The notes: generated by a model not told the origin, from the sequence alone. A stretch of DNA of 64,000 nucleotides from the human T2T-CHM13v2.0 reference genome, Homo sapiens (GCF_009914755.1 NC_060925.1), one strand, 5' to 3'. Positions 39,578-56,169 are shown, numbered from the stretch's first letter. Translations and numbers: made by a program.

Positions 39578-40334
39578 AAATTCTAATGGATAATTTTTAG
39601 TCTTTATCTTACCATGTCACTATCTTGCTCTTCATTTCTTCTTCCTGACATTCTCTACACCCTCGGAATCCTTAGATCTACACTTTAATGATTCTTCTGC
39701 CATCTCTGTCTCCCTTTTTTAATTCCTCAACTCTGGTCTTTTCCCCAGGGTTTGAACTGAGAGAAGTTTAAAAAAGCTTGATTTAACATTCCCCACCACC
39801 CACCCACTCCCACCCCCACCCTGCGCCCCCCACAATATACATGCTTTATTCTTAATGATCTCCCTGCAGAAAATGCAATTTAAATGGTATTCAGCTGACA
39901 GTAATCCCATCAGTGGTCATGGCTTTGTTACTCCTTTTTGAAGAGCCACCCCTCTCGTTCCCCATTCCTTCTAACTTGTGGTCAAAATGGAAACTGGCTG
40001 ACTTTATATCCACATGGTTGGTAAGCATCTGACTTTCAAAAAGACAGGTGTCATGGAAGCCTGACCAAAAACCCTGCTAGTTAGATGGAAAAGAAAGACA
40101 AGAGGGCAAGCTGTGTCTCTATTTTAGTCATAGATATGTTCATATATTCTCAATCAAAATTAAGGAAATATGGTCTGCTAAAGAAGTTTTGTTCTATTTT
40201 AGAATGTTAGAAATGGTGCAGGAGATGTCATGTGGATGCTGAAACACTGAAATTTCAAAGACACTTTAAAGATTTATGGTTATAAAGTATAACTGGTTCT
40301 GGATTTTACAAGATGTCTGGCCACTGTAGTCACA

Positions 40335-40611
40335 GACTGCAAGAGAATGTTTGTGTCCTCCCAAAATTCATATTTTGGAACCTAATTCCCAATGTAATGG
40401 CATTAGGAGGTGCGGCTTTTGGGAGGTGATCAGTGCCCTCATAAAAGAGATCTCAGAGAATGAACTAGGAAGGAAGCCCTCACCAGACGTGGATGTGTCA
40501 GCACCTTGATCTTGGACTTCCCAGCCTCCAGAACTGTGACAAATAAATGTCTGTTGTTTATGATACCCAGTCTATGGTATATTGTTATAGCAGCTTGAAT
40601 ACAGTTAGACA
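40335..40611 (+). mobile_element. MaLR solo LTR (MLT1A-like), internally deleted
   Basis: aatgtttgtgtcctcccaaaattcata...ttggacttcccagcctccagaactgtga...tatggtatattgttatagcagc. Confidence 0.8.
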
Positions 40612-40652
40612 TAGATTTACCAGAAAGATGCCACAATCAAACCCGTCCTCTT

Positions 40653-40978
40653 GGCCAGGCAGAGTGGTTCACACCTGTAATCTCAACACTTTGGGAGGCT
40701 GAGGCAGGAACACCATTTGAGCCCAGGAGTTCGAGATCAGACTGGACAGCATAGTGAGACCTTGTGTTTAATAAAAAACAAAAAAATCAGCCAAATGTGG
40801 TGGTTTGTGCCTGTAGCCCCAGCTACGCAGGAAGCTGAGTATCACAAGGAGGATCGCTTGAGTCCAGGACATCAAGGCTGCAGTGAGCTATGACTGCACC
40901 ACTGCACTCCAGCCTGGGCAACAGAGTGATACTCTATCTCAAAAAATAAAAATAAAAAAAAAAATAAAATAAAATAAA
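40653..40978 (+). mobile_element. AluJ
   Basis: J-type diagnostics and a long A tail. Confidence 0.9.
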
Positions 40979-42632
40979 TCCCATTCTCTCTAACAGATAT
41001 GATATAGCACAATTAAAGGTTTTATTCAACATGTAATGACAATTTGGTAAGCAAGCATTGCAATAAAGCTTTCCTGACCAACTACTATAATATCACTGGC
41101 CACTTTAAAAGAAGAAAATATAAATTCTTTGCACAACCTTGGCTATATAGATATAAAATCTGCTTGAATCACATTTCTCTGCATTTATCAAGGTGCAAAG
41201 AAAAATGAAGTTGCATTAGCTTACAAATGGCCTGTCTACATCGTGTAACGGTGCAGTGAGACCTAGGGCTGTTCTCTCCATCTATGCAGGGCATACCAAG
41301 ATCTACAGAGCAAAAGTGCTAGGCATGGTTTGACAGGTTGCTTAAATGGGACTTAAGGTGGGTAAATGAGAAAAAAAAAAAGGCAATGTCAATACAATAA
41401 ATGAGCTTTTTATTTCCTTTATAAGTTGAAGAAAGCATACTCTTGATTATAAAAGCAAAAACCACATCAGTTGTTGTATAGATAATATGGCACACTTATT
41501 GAACTAGACAGTCCTTTGAGACAAAACCATACTCAAAATAAAATCTTTTCATCTCAATCTTGAGTATGTCTACACTTTTCTATATACAGATGTAACAAAC
41601 CTCAGTATAATATAAAGAGGTGGCAAATCCTAGTATAATTAGTGGTACCTGTGAAAAATACAATTAGGGCCAGAGTGACAATAAAAGTCAGTTAAGTGAC
41701 AAGTTTGAAATTCATACCCTCTCAGAAAATTGTTGAAATAAAATTGGTATGACCTTCCAATCATTTATAAACATGTGGATACTTTGGGCAATAATAAGAT
41801 CACTTATTAACTGCAACAAACATTACACAACTTTTGTAATTAAATAAATAAAAATGCACACAAAAATGTATGGTTTAAGTTCAACAATCTCCTTGATGAC
41901 AATGCTATGCACTGTCTCATGTGTTGTCTCACTGATTTTTTTTCACTGAATTCATTCACTCATTAAATACTTATTGAGCTCCTTCTGTAACAGGAGTTAT
42001 TATGCCAAAGATTTAAGAATTAAATCTTTATTATAATAACTCATTTTCTCACACACATAGTTATCACAGCCACGGCTCAACAGGAAAATCTTCCTGTCTT
42101 TCATGACTGGTGGTGGCCTCTAGAAACATACTGCCTGGTGAGGTCTGCCTGTTGAGTAGCAGCTTATGCTGCACCTGTGGTATGGTGCATACTAAACTGT
42201 TTTCTGCTGAGGTATTCACAAAAGGTCTAAATGAAAAAGAGCATGCTCTTCCATCTATCTTAAAGCAAATGTCTAAAAACAGAGACAGAATATAAAGGAT
42301 GTATTTTTTTCTATAAGAGAGATACAATGTCCTATAAAATTTCAAAATGGAAGCAATCATTTCCAGCTTAAGAACAAAGTTTTTGGAACCGATATCTGAG
42401 GTTTTTTGGTTGTTGCTGTTTGTTTTAAAACACTTTATTGTGGTATAATTGACATTGCAAAAAGCTGTACATATTTCTGTTTTGTTTTTAAAGAATGATA
42501 GAGTACAGACAGATAAGGATAGGAAGAAAGGCCTTTCCAAGAAGAGGTAATGGCATTAATAAGGAAGTAAAAGGGAGTAGCTCCGAGGAAACTTGGAAAT
42601 TTTGTGAACTCTAGGGCAAAGGATCTATGTAA

Positions 42633-42986
<354 letters not shown>

Positions 42987-44649
42987 CGGACTGTACAAAG
43001 TTTTAAACGTTCTGTGGGAAGTCTGGACTTTATGAGAAGCCCCCACAGGCTTCTCAGCAAGGGAACAACATAATTAGAGCTCTGCTTTTGGGAGATTAAC
43101 AAAGTCAGACTGATTCTAGGGGGTGTGGTGGGGGGCGGGAAGAATAGTATGGCAATGGAAAGAATCCTACTAAGAGTGATAAGAGTAAAAGAGAGAAAGG
43201 TTGTTGGATAGAATTATATATTATTGAAGAAGTCATCATCAAGCAGGGAGGACCTACCAGGTGCTGTGCAGTGGCCAAGGAACTTTATATATGGTAGGAT
43301 TTCAAATCTACATAAAATTCTTACAATGTGAGGAGTATTATTAACATGTTGCACATGAGACAACTGAGGTTTAGTGAAGTCAAAAAACTGCCTGGAATCA
43401 CATTTAAAATGTGGTGGTAGAGCCAGGCCTGGCTGATCCAAATAGTCATGCATGGTCTACTTTCCCCCACTTCCTCTTAATGAAGAGCCAGTCAACTTAT
43501 TGAGTCTGGATGTCTCATAGCTTAGTGGCATGGGAGTAGCTGGAAGGTTGCCAGCCATGGGAAAAGCCAAAGTTTGCCAGGTAGCTAGTAGCCAGTCGGT
43601 GGGCCAATCTGACTCTCTCCCCAGGACTGGCAAGAGTTCCACACAGTCTGGTCCTTTACATCTCCCTTGGGACTCCAACTTCGCACTGCACACTTACCCT
43701 CAGCCCAAGAAGCCTCTTCTCTTTTCCAGCAAATTTATGAACTGGCTGCTCAGACCATTCTCCCCATGGGAGGACAGGAATCCAAATCTGCGATTTGAGT
43801 AAACAGCTCCATTTCCCTTCACTATTATATTCTCCTGCTTCCCAAAAGGGGTCCAAAGTAACGTGGTGAATAAAGAGTAGGCTTTATTCATATAATAAAG
43901 TTGAACACTCCATGCAAAGTCTCTGTTCATGAGGAGTGTGACAAAAAGTTCATGAGAAGCCCTTTGTTTGATGTATAAAATGAATTCTGTTCAATATTGC
44001 TAATTTTAAAGCCTCATCACCATTCTAATTAATATACTAATATACTCACCTTAATACTCTATAATTAATGAATTATAGACCTCTTTAAGAACTCCTTCAA
44101 AGGACAATCTTTCAGAATCAAATTCTTCCTTGTCCCTTGCAGAAATGGCCCACAACACTATTTTCTTACTTCCCACCTTCTGACTGTACTTCTGCCACTT
44201 CTTGAAGAAAGCACTCTAGCCATAAATCCCAACTAGACCCTAGATAGTGGTCCCTTGGTCAGCCATCAACTTTAGCTCTCACCACCTCTCCTCTACCTGC
44301 AGGGCTCTGTGCAGGTTGCCCTTTTAGCTATAGACTGTGTATAAACAGAACTTCCTACATGCACCTTGGGACTCATGTGTTAAAAGCCCTTATTTTATAC
44401 AAGGTAATCCTAGTGGTAGTAGCCAAATAGAGACATGGAGATAAATTTACAAGACAGCTTTGCTTCTTCCTCATAATTCATTGAGCGAAACAAGACTGTA
44501 AGAATAGCAACAACAAAGGATGATTTATAATTTCTACTCTACATGTCACCATGGCAAGATATATAAGTGACTTTCATAGAACAGATTTAAAAGTTACAAG
44601 GCAGTTATCAGCAAATTAACATGTGTACTTTGCTTCAGAATTTATCATC

Positions 44650-44885
44650 ATTGTAGTTAGTGCACAGGGTTTGGAATCAGGCTAGCTGGGTTTACATTTT
44701 GGTTCTGACACTTGCTAGCTATGTAACCTTAGGTTAGTTATTTAACCTCCCAACATCGTCATCTATAAAATAGGGCTAATAGCACCTACCTTATTGAGTT
44801 ATGAGGATTAAATGAGTTAATGAATGTCAAATACTTAAAACCATGCTTGGCACATAGTAAGCATCCAATGAATGTTTGCTATTAT
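44650..44885 (+). mobile_element. MIR (one of many; others near 1510-1660, 2340-2700, 3860-4060, 25230-25410, 36130-36330, 43300-43430, 46700-46890, 60850-60960)
   Basis: MIR core ...ctagctatgtaaccttagg...catctataaaatagggctaatagcacctacc...gcttggcacatagtaagc. Confidence 0.75.
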
Positions 44886-46924
44886 CACCACCACCTCCAT
44901 TATCATCATGTTTAGTAATAACTGAAATTATCATGGTACTATCAGACCAGGGCCCAAAAATGAATTAAACATTAAACTAATTTTAGTACAAATAGGATAA
45001 CAGTCACTGAAGTAAAACTTGAAAGAACACTGATATTTACTTTATATTCATCATCTTGCAAAACTGGTTAAAAAAAATGGGAAGGCACAATAAAAGTTTA
45101 ATCAACGAGTAAAAATTTTTGATGGCTAAATAGAGGAACTTTGTATATTGTATTCAAGAGTAAATGAGAATGTGAAGCATTCTGAAAAACTACAAAATGC
45201 TGTATTAAAATAGGATATTATTAAAGAGAATAGATTCCACTTTAAAATGTTTTACAAGGTAAATGTTATTTTATTTTATACTTTCAACTACCTTACTGAA
45301 AAATCTACACCTATCATCTCAAGAAAATGGGATAATAAGCAACCTAACCAAGGTCATTCAGGGCTCCATCCTCAGTGAGTCACAATCAGAACATGAAGAT
45401 AAGAATGTGAAGGAGAAACTGACATTCTTGCATGCTGTTTGGTGCATCCACAAAGAATGCAAAAGATGTAGAAGTGGAAGTTGTAAGAATATCCATGAAT
45501 TAAAAATCAGATTGGCTTCACTCTGCTTTTTAGGAGGCAAAGGGGCAAAAAAAAAAAAAAAAAAAAAAAACAAAGACAAAAACAAAAAACAGTTCTTTAG
45601 TCAACCAGAAGTCGGTTCAATTAGAACTTTCTCAATTAGAAATGGAGCAGTAGCTCTAGAAAAAAAACAGAAGACTGTGTGGCAAGAAAAAAAGAAAGCT
45701 ACAGATGAATTTTGGTTAATGAGTAGAAACCTAACAGAACTCAGGTGATGGGTCAGTGCAAGGACCTATAAATGACCTTGCTATGCTCAGTAAGCAGAGA
45801 AGTTCAGGAAATCTGTGAAGCCTCTGAACTGGAGAAAAAAAAGATAGAATATTGTCAAGAAATGGTAGAGAGAGAAAACTAAATGCCTGAGCAGAGTTAA
45901 ATTAAGTCAAGCTGGAGTCAGCATATCATCTCTGTGCCTATAAATTATCTCTAGGCATCTAGGGTCTCACAGTGTGGCTGAGCAGCTTCTACCCTAAAGG
46001 AGTAAATTTCTCTGTTGAAATTTAGGAGAAAGATTTAGGCCTCATATTGTAATCTTCAGAAGAGAAACTCTTGAACTCTTGAATGGTGGTATTAGAATAG
46101 AGTCAAGAAAAGAACTAGAGTAAGTGTTCTCTGTGAGGAGGCTAGAGGCTAGGTTAGTTACAACAGTGACAGACTGAATCCAAAGCATTATCTTTGGGCA
46201 CAAAGATCAGCATGTTTGGCAGCAGTAAGCTGTAAAAAAGAAAGAAGGCAAGAAAAGGAAAGAAAGTTGTTTGACTGCTATTATCTCATGTACTCTTATG
46301 TAGCTTAAGATCAATAGAATACTGTATTGTAGTTATAAAATATATACACATCAAAGTAAATACTCTCAAACCACTCATTTACGGTGCAGCTCCTTAAAAA
46401 TAATCCATCCATCATATGTGGTCCTGATCAACAAACTTACTTAGATATTTATGGAAGCTGCAGTATTTTTCAAACTACATCTTAAGAAATCCAAAATTGT
46501 GTGGCACTGTCTCAGGAGCCCCTGGGTTGTGGAGTGGGGCGGGTAATGGGGGAGAGGGAAATCAAACAAGCAGGGCTAAAAATACTCCTCTGCTTCTTAA
46601 ATCAGAAAAGCTTTGCTTTTATCTGTTTTATATAACAGGGATTCATGTAAGATTTCATTTGATAAAAGACTACTGGTAAGGTGGGAAAAGCATAGGCAAG
46701 ACTAGGTTTGAACTGTGTCACTGCTATTTACTTACTCTGTGACTTGGGAAAATTACCTAAACTCTCTGAATCTTAGTTTCCTCTTTTATAAAATGGGATG
46801 AATAATATTTACAAATTGTTGTATGAAGTAAATAAGATAAAGTATGTAAAACACATACCATGAGACTTTAGCACATAGCAGGCACTAGCTGTTAGTTCCT
46901 TTTCTGAAAGACATGGAATATAGA

Positions 46925-46944
46925 GACAGATAGATTAGATAGAC

Positions 46945-47002
<58 letters not shown>
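46925..47002 (+). repeat. (AGAT)11(AG)7 compound microsatellite, probably STR marker D1S534
   Basis: Perfect (AGAT)11 at 46945-46988 and (AG)7 at 46989-47002. The marker name rests on recalled primer sequences matching 46870-46889 and 47051-47070. Confidence 0.85.
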
Positions 47003-47003
<1 letters not shown>

Positions 47004-47007
47004 TGGG

Positions 47008-47308
<301 letters not shown>

Positions 47309-48109
47309 TAAATAAATAAATAAATAAATTTGTATAAAAAATATATATTTGTCTGTGTGTGTGTGTGTGTGTACATATAGTTGTAGAAGCTTCTGCAGAC
47401 AGCTCTTCTGTAACTTGCAGTCATTCGAAAGATATACTGAGCAAGAATTTGGAGGTCAGCAGCATCACTCTCTTCAGCATTTCCAGGCCATGGCTGCCGT
47501 ACTATCTGCTAGCATAAATCCTCAGCATTCAGCTACAGTTCTTCCTTCCTCTATATTTTCAACAGTTACTATCAGTAGTTTTCATTAGCTCCTCAAAGCT
47601 ATATTGCAAAGAATTTAAATATTATTATCATTTTAATAAACTAGGTCAGTTCACAAAAGCAACCAACCACAAAAGCACTTTAAACAAATAAGACTCACCG
47701 ACTGAGATTAAAAGGAGCTTTAGAGTGGATCCACGCAACACCTTTTTTTGCCATGAGAGATGAAGTAACCTCATCAAACTGGCAGAGTAATCAACTAGCA
47801 AAATTCCCAGATGATTGTAGTAGCTCTTGAACACATACCATGCTGATTAGCTCATGTTGCATGTTGCATGAACAATACATGGCAGAGAAAAGCTAAAAGT
47901 CAGTGGGAACACTATGCCAATTTAATGTCATTAACATTCCAGAAACCTACAATAACAAATACTAATTGCAAAATATGGAATGAAATGCCTACATTAAATC
48001 TTACCATCCTAATTCCACCATTGTGTGACATTGGGCAAGTTACTTAACCAAAGACTATTTCTTCACGTTTGAAATAAGGTGGCAATACCTGCCTCAAGGC
48101 CTTGTTATG

Positions 48110-48530
48110 AACAATATCTCTTCGTGGTATTCTTGCCAAAAATCCATAACCTCAGTCTAAACACAAAGAAAAATCAGACAAACCTAAACTGAGAGACATT
48201 CTACAAAATAACTGACTGGTTCTCTTCAAAAGTGCCAAGGTCATGAAGGAGAAAATGTATGCATTAGAAGAGACATGAAAGCTAAATGCATTGTGGGACC
48301 CTGGATTTGATCTTGGACTAAGGAAAGGGACAGTGAAAAAACTAGTGAAATTTGAACTAAGTCTGTAGCTAAATTACTATTATTGTACCAATATTAATTT
48401 CTTGATTTTGATAACTGTATTATGATTATTCAAGACAAAGCTTGGTGAAGGGTATACAGAAATTCTCTGTACTAATTTTGCAACTCTGTAAATCTAAAAT
48501 TATTTTAAAATTAAAAAAATTTAAATCTTG
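48110..48530 (+). mobile_element. L1MC/L1ME-type 3' end fragment
   Basis: gtattcttgccaaaaat...gagagacattctacaaaataactg...ctctgtactaattttgcaact...tctaaaattattttaaaa is typical of L1MC4-like 3'UTR. Confidence 0.7.
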
Positions 48531-51469
48531 TGAGAATTAAATACAGGGTCAAAAATTTTAAACCACGCTTTTTTTCTTTTTAGGCGTAATTCTTCATCTA
48601 ATGGCTATACTTAGCGATAGTTAACAGCAAGAACATTATGTGAATACTGGCCAAACCCAGACTAGGAACCGCTAATAATGAAACATGTTCAACTGCAATA
48701 AAATGTGGACACTTTATCATACTTCAACTGAATAACAAATACTTTTGCAAAAATCTACTAACCATCAATATTTCACTCTTTGCACAATACAATCATGACT
48801 TAGTGCTTAAAGAAGTATGGATTCTGTGTTTGGCCAATGATGACAGGCTTAAATTTACCTAATACCATCAACATTTAAACAGAACATGTCAGATCTTAAC
48901 TCCTCTGACTTTATGACTACGCTCATCTTGTCAGATTTCAACAGTTTTCTGTCAGGCAACACCTGGCAAAATAAACCGTTTTCATATAAATTGTAGACAT
49001 CCCATAATGAGTATGGAGTGATGTGCTGTTATTCCTGTTTCTCCCTGTTTTATTTTCAACTTGAGTTTACATCTGCATCCTCTGAGATAAGCAAAGATGC
49101 CCTATGCCAACATTTTTACCCAAGATTTTGTTTTAAAAAAAGAAAACACTAAAAACCATTAAAACAACTTAGGAATCACAACACTTTATTAGTTAGAGTT
49201 TCTAACATAGCACTGTTATGGCTCATTCACTTTTGCTTTACACCTAAGGGAGTAAGTGCACAGCCAAGGCTAATAAAAACTAACTTGGCTATTTCTTGGT
49301 TTTTGATGGAACCATTCATATGATAAATATACATTTTTTCCCATTATACTATACTCTTGCAAAATAATTTTTTTCTACAAAGGTTATGAGATATCATAAA
49401 AATGTCTAATGCATCTGGTTTAAGAATCCAATGCCTCTTTCACATATTTCTGCATCTGTTCACAAAATCCCTTTGACTTCAAAGGAAGCTTTTCAAGAGA
49501 AAAAGAAGATACATACAGGAAAAGTGGCCATAAATTTTTAGTAGTCCTTTTCTAAGGCCATTTTAATAACAGCATTGTGGGACAAGTATCTTCCTCAGAA
49601 TCCTAAAATATCACAAATGATATTAATGACTAAAGATCTGTATAAAGATTTATGATTTCAAAACGTTTTTCTGGTTATTAAAAAGTGTGTGTCTTCAATT
49701 TAGACATGTGAAAAATATGTAATGCTATAAAAGGAAACAAATAACTTTTAACCCACTATTTAGGAAGGCCAAAGCAAAATAAAAAAGTTAAAAATGTTTG
49801 TTCCCTTCCAGGCTTTTTTTCTATGTATACGTTTATATAAACACTTATATATAAACATAACATCGTAATAACACTATGAACACAATTTTGTATCTTTTCT
49901 CAGTCTTTCAAAAAACCACATTAATCTTTCAAACCATCATTTTCAATGACTGAAATTATATGTAGATTTATACTTTAAAAAAATACTCTCACATTTAATA
50001 CTTATTCTACTCAAAGCTAAATTAAAGGTTTAGAAACATTCATCGGTACTGGAAATTCTACATCTTGAAACAATCTAGATTAATAATTAACTTTAATAGC
50101 CCTATTCATAAATGCCACTGAAACAATAGTAGAGGTTTAAGAAATTTTTTCTTTAGCATTTATAATGACTTAGTGTCTTAAACTTCCCTGGGCAGTCATT
50201 AGCAGGCTGCAGTTTGTCTTTTTTTTCTCTCTCTCTTTGATTCTCTATTCTCAAGACATCTTCAATTCTTTAGTTTGGAATAAGGGGAAGTTTGGGTCTA
50301 CGGCTTAGCTACTTTGATAGCATAGGTGTTAATGTGCTATAAATTATAAATAATCATCTCATTCTAGTTCTGCAGAATCAAACCCTCAAATTTCAAGGAG
50401 AGGAATTTTTGATAAATTTATCTAATTTTGAATTGTCTTACCTAACATTGCTGCTGAAATTTAAGGTGACATTTGAATAGTTGTTTGCTGACAAGCAGCT
50501 TTCCGGTATATATTAATATATTAGCTTATAAGAATTTTGTGAGGCTCACATTAATAAAAAACGGAAGTTCAAAAAATTTATGACATGACTAGAAAAATAA
50601 GTTGAACTTAAATTTTGGTTTTCATAATTACTCTCATTGGCTTTGTTTTGGCTTCATAATCATGGAACTATAGATTTTCCAGAGGTTGAAAGAACATTAA
50701 CGTGTCAATCAGTCCAGCTCTCTTCCTCCACTCAATATGAGCAAAAAAAGAAGAAAAGTCCCAGAGAGATTGTGACTTGTCACACAGCTGTCAAGTGGCA
50801 GACCAAACCCTTGACCTCTAGGCTACCTTCCTGTCTAGCGCTGTTTTCAACACAACAGTTACAATAGGTGCGACATCCTCACACCTACTCATTATGGCAA
50901 TACATATGCAAATGATGCCGGGAAATTACCTAATAAAATCACATTCTCTCCTTTCTCTCTAGTTCCCAGAATATATCTCCCGTAGATAAAGTATGTCAAA
51001 GTGCTTGCCACTGAGACTGTACTTGGAAGACGTTTGGTAAAATCCTGAATAACTGAAAGGGTATCCCCTCCCCCTGACTTTTTTGCTATGAGGGTAAAAT
51101 TCCAAATATTTAAGACAATTCCCAATAAGACCAGGCCGCGACATGGTCTCCGTACGACGAGATTAATGGTAACAGCAGTGTTGTCAAGCGCAGGACAGGA
51201 CAAACTCTGTAGCAGCTTGCGGTCACTCTTTCACAGCCTGCTAGATAGAGCAGTGCTGTGGAGCCACCAGGAGCAACCAGAATGGAAGATGCACTGACAC
51301 TTGCTCAAGTACCACACTGCCAACCTGCTGCCCCGACCCAAGCTGCCCAATGCCTAACAAAACTTCTCTACTCTCTCCGATAGCCCCTTAGCGTGTTGTT
51401 AGGGTAAGGAGGGTAAAAACAGTAATAAGACCACAAGAAGAGCAGTCTCTAAAACAACCCGTCTCTGAA

Positions 51470-52040
<571 letters not shown>

Positions 52041-52266
52041 GGGCTTTAGTGTTTTTCCCTGGATCCCTTGTCTGCTCAGCCTTCCTGGAAGGAGAATTTC
52101 CTTGGGGGTTATTAGTAGCAACGCTTTAGACTGGAAGAAAGTCAAGTAGGCTGCATTTCTGATCTTAGCTATGTGAAGGCAACCTTTAAAAAGTTTGTTT
52201 AGAAACTCCCAGTTCTCTTAGAGGGTAATATAAGTGGTCTTTTTAGACATGTGTGGCCTCATTTCC

Positions 52267-52557
<291 letters not shown>

Positions 52558-54402
52558 TTATGTGGCCTTATTTCATTCGTCCTGTAAACTTTGTTGAACC
52601 CTACCGTAATGTGCTGGGCACTGAAGGTACAGAGAAAGACATATCTTGTCTTCAAGTTGTGTACAGTCTAATAGAGTAGCGGATAAATAAATGATGTACA
52701 CTTAATAGGTGTTAAAGAAGCAAGCACCGCAAGTTTTAAGGAGGAGTGGTTATGACTGTGGTGTTTCAACCTAGTCTAGGGAAGGCTGCAGGAAGGTTAT
52801 ACCTGATGGAAGAAATTGTTTTGTTTGGGGTTATGAGAAAGTTTAATACAGTTTTTCTGCTTCTGTTAATTCACCTAAAAATCTCCCAGACAGATAACGA
52901 GTGTTTCAGTAAAAATATAACTGGAAGAAATTCATGACAATTCCTTTATGTGTTTTGTTTATAATTCATCCAGCTACTGAAAATTACCAAGGAGAGGTAG
53001 GAGATAAGAGATGCCTATAAAGGAGCTGAAATCTACCAGGGTAAGACAAAACAGTAAATTAAAACCATATAGGATAATCTTGTAGGTATACAAAGTACTG
53101 GTGAAGTTCAAGTATAATTGGTGTAATTTAGAAGTGAGCAGGAAAGGGATGAAGGCAAAAAAAAAACTAGGAAATCAAGTTATAGTCTTCAACAAAGCTG
53201 ATCAGTTTGGTTTTGGCTGTTAAATTTGAGGTGCTTGTAGTACTTCCAAAATGTGATGCCCATTAAATAGATACATGGGTCTGGAGCTCAGAAGAGATTT
53301 GAACTACCAAACAGATGGTAATTGAAACCAAGGAAATCCTTGAGACCATCAGATAGAGTTTGTGGAGTGAAAGTAGCCAGATGATGGAAATAAAGGAGCC
53401 AAGAGGTGTTGTAGAACCCAAAGAATGTGATATTACTGAGACCCTGGAAACAAACCTTGCCAGGGGAAGGGGGATATATGTTATGCCTTGTAAAATGCAG
53501 TTTAATAAATGCCCTACATGTTTTACTCATACATAGAGCAAAGCATTATAGTACAGTGTTTTACATATATTTTATTAATGAGATTACATGACCCTAGCAA
53601 TTAGCAAGATTAGCTTTCTGACATCTTTAGTCATCTAGATAGCAAGATAAAACCTAGCAATAAGACTATGGTGCACCAAAAGCTGTCAAAGGGTGTACCT
53701 ACTTTATTTCTTCAAGAAGTAGTTCTTAGTCGTATCTGCAGACTCCTATGACCAATAATATTTCCGTGGGAGGTATTTCCAAGACATAGTCCCACTAAAA
53801 AAGGTGGGACTTTAAGACCACAAGTTTTATAACTTTAGTATCCTGATTTTTAAAATTGAAAATATTTGCTAATTTTTAGACTTTGTTAGAAGTAATAAAC
53901 TGTGTTTTGCACCGTGGCGGTGACCTGGTAACTCTCAGGTGTCACTCAGCCAGCCTTGCTTCTTGGACAAGGACTATAGTTTATATTTCTAACATCTCCC
54001 CCAGCACCTAGAATAGTCTCTTATGCAGAGTAGGCACCTCTTTTAAAAGTAAATTGGATTTTAACAAATTACACAGCTTATTGTCAGCAATTGTTATGCT
54101 TTTAACAGCCAGAAGGAACAGTTAACAGAAAAGACACAGGATGTATTAAAAATGAACCAGTTCTGTCTACTTTTGTACTTTTTCACAGTAAGCATTTTGG
54201 TGTTGGGGAAAGTATGACTACAAAGCTCACCATCTTCTAAGAGGAGGAATATATTCAGCTCAGTATATTTAACGTATTTTAATAAGTTTTTAATAATGGT
54301 AACCATGACTCCTCGGGGAAAGATATATTATTCAATGTATCTTTGAAGAAAAAACCTACAATACACTTTTGAAATGTTTTCATACAAAATGGTTAACATT
54401 TA

Positions 54403-54763
<361 letters not shown>

Positions 54764-55787
54764 CTATGGAATAATTCATTCTCCAACAGTGGTGTTTAAA
54801 TGAAGCACCACTGTATTTAATGACGGTATTTTACCACTGCTATCATTTGAGTAAGCTAAAGAACTTTGGTAAAGTAAGATATAAATGTTGTATGGAAAGC
54901 AGACTTTAAACATACCTAAGATTAAAAAGTTTTATAGTCCTATCCTTATAACGTGAACTATATGTCTACATATGTTCATGCTTACAATTTTGAACACTTG
55001 TTTAAATTTTGATTTCTCATCAACACTTTTACTTTATAGTAAGTTCTGGTAATTTTGTTCTCTCCTTAACATTCCCTGCAAATCCTCTCCTGCTAGAAAC
55101 AACAGATTAAAACCAGACTGGCAGTTGGGAAATGGTTTCTATTGCAACCATGTGTGTCAGAAGAAAGGATTAGGTTTCCTTGTCCAAGAACATCAAGGGG
55201 AACCTCCACCTCTGCAGACACACCTCTATTCCTTAGTAATGGAGAGTTTATACCTAGTTAGATTTAAATGGGATAAGGGAAGAGTTTAAATCCATTCTTA
55301 GCTCAAGCAGTATAATCAGCCCTCAAGTCTCAAAGTATCCAATTTTCTTTCTCTAATTTAATTCTAAGTGTCAGGTTGGTATTAGATGCTGATCAAGGTA
55401 ATGGAGAGTTGCCCTACACATTTATTCACTTAAAGAAGAATTTTGCAGACTGCAAAGACTAGATGGCAATTGTATTCAAAACTTACTTAAAGCACAATTC
55501 ATTCACCCCTGACCTTTCATTTATATTGAGTATGTTTTTTCAAATATAGAAGAGATTCCATAATAAAAGCAAACAAACCTCTCTCTTCATAATTATGGAC
55601 TATAGTTCTCTGTACATGTTCTCTGACCATGCCATCTTATGCTGGACCTATTATAAGGACCCAAATTAAAGTGAGGCAGATCCTGCTTTTGAGTGAGATA
55701 ACCTCCAAGAGTCATAAAAGTATATGGGAAACTGTAATAATGATTATTCTTTTTTTACCTTTGGCTTAACTTTAGTTCTTCCTCTTA

Positions 55788-56169
<382 letters not shown>

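Noticed and set aside
42064-42540. 158-aa minus-strand ORF
   Set aside because: Non-ATG start, low-complexity AT-rich content, partly L1-like; no recognisable homology.
45263-45748. 161-aa ORF with a poly-Lys run
   Set aside because: The Lys run is a genomic polyA tract; antisense to WARS2, with no recognisable domain or splice structure.
47850-47880. Repeated CATG cores as a p53 response element
   Set aside because: The cores are 7 bp apart rather than 10, and the RRR/YYY flanks do not fit.
53590-53665. Recurrent TAGCAA(G) words resembling RFX half-sites or a repeat array
   Set aside because: Irregular spacing and no full X-box palindrome; compatible with chance or decayed slippage.
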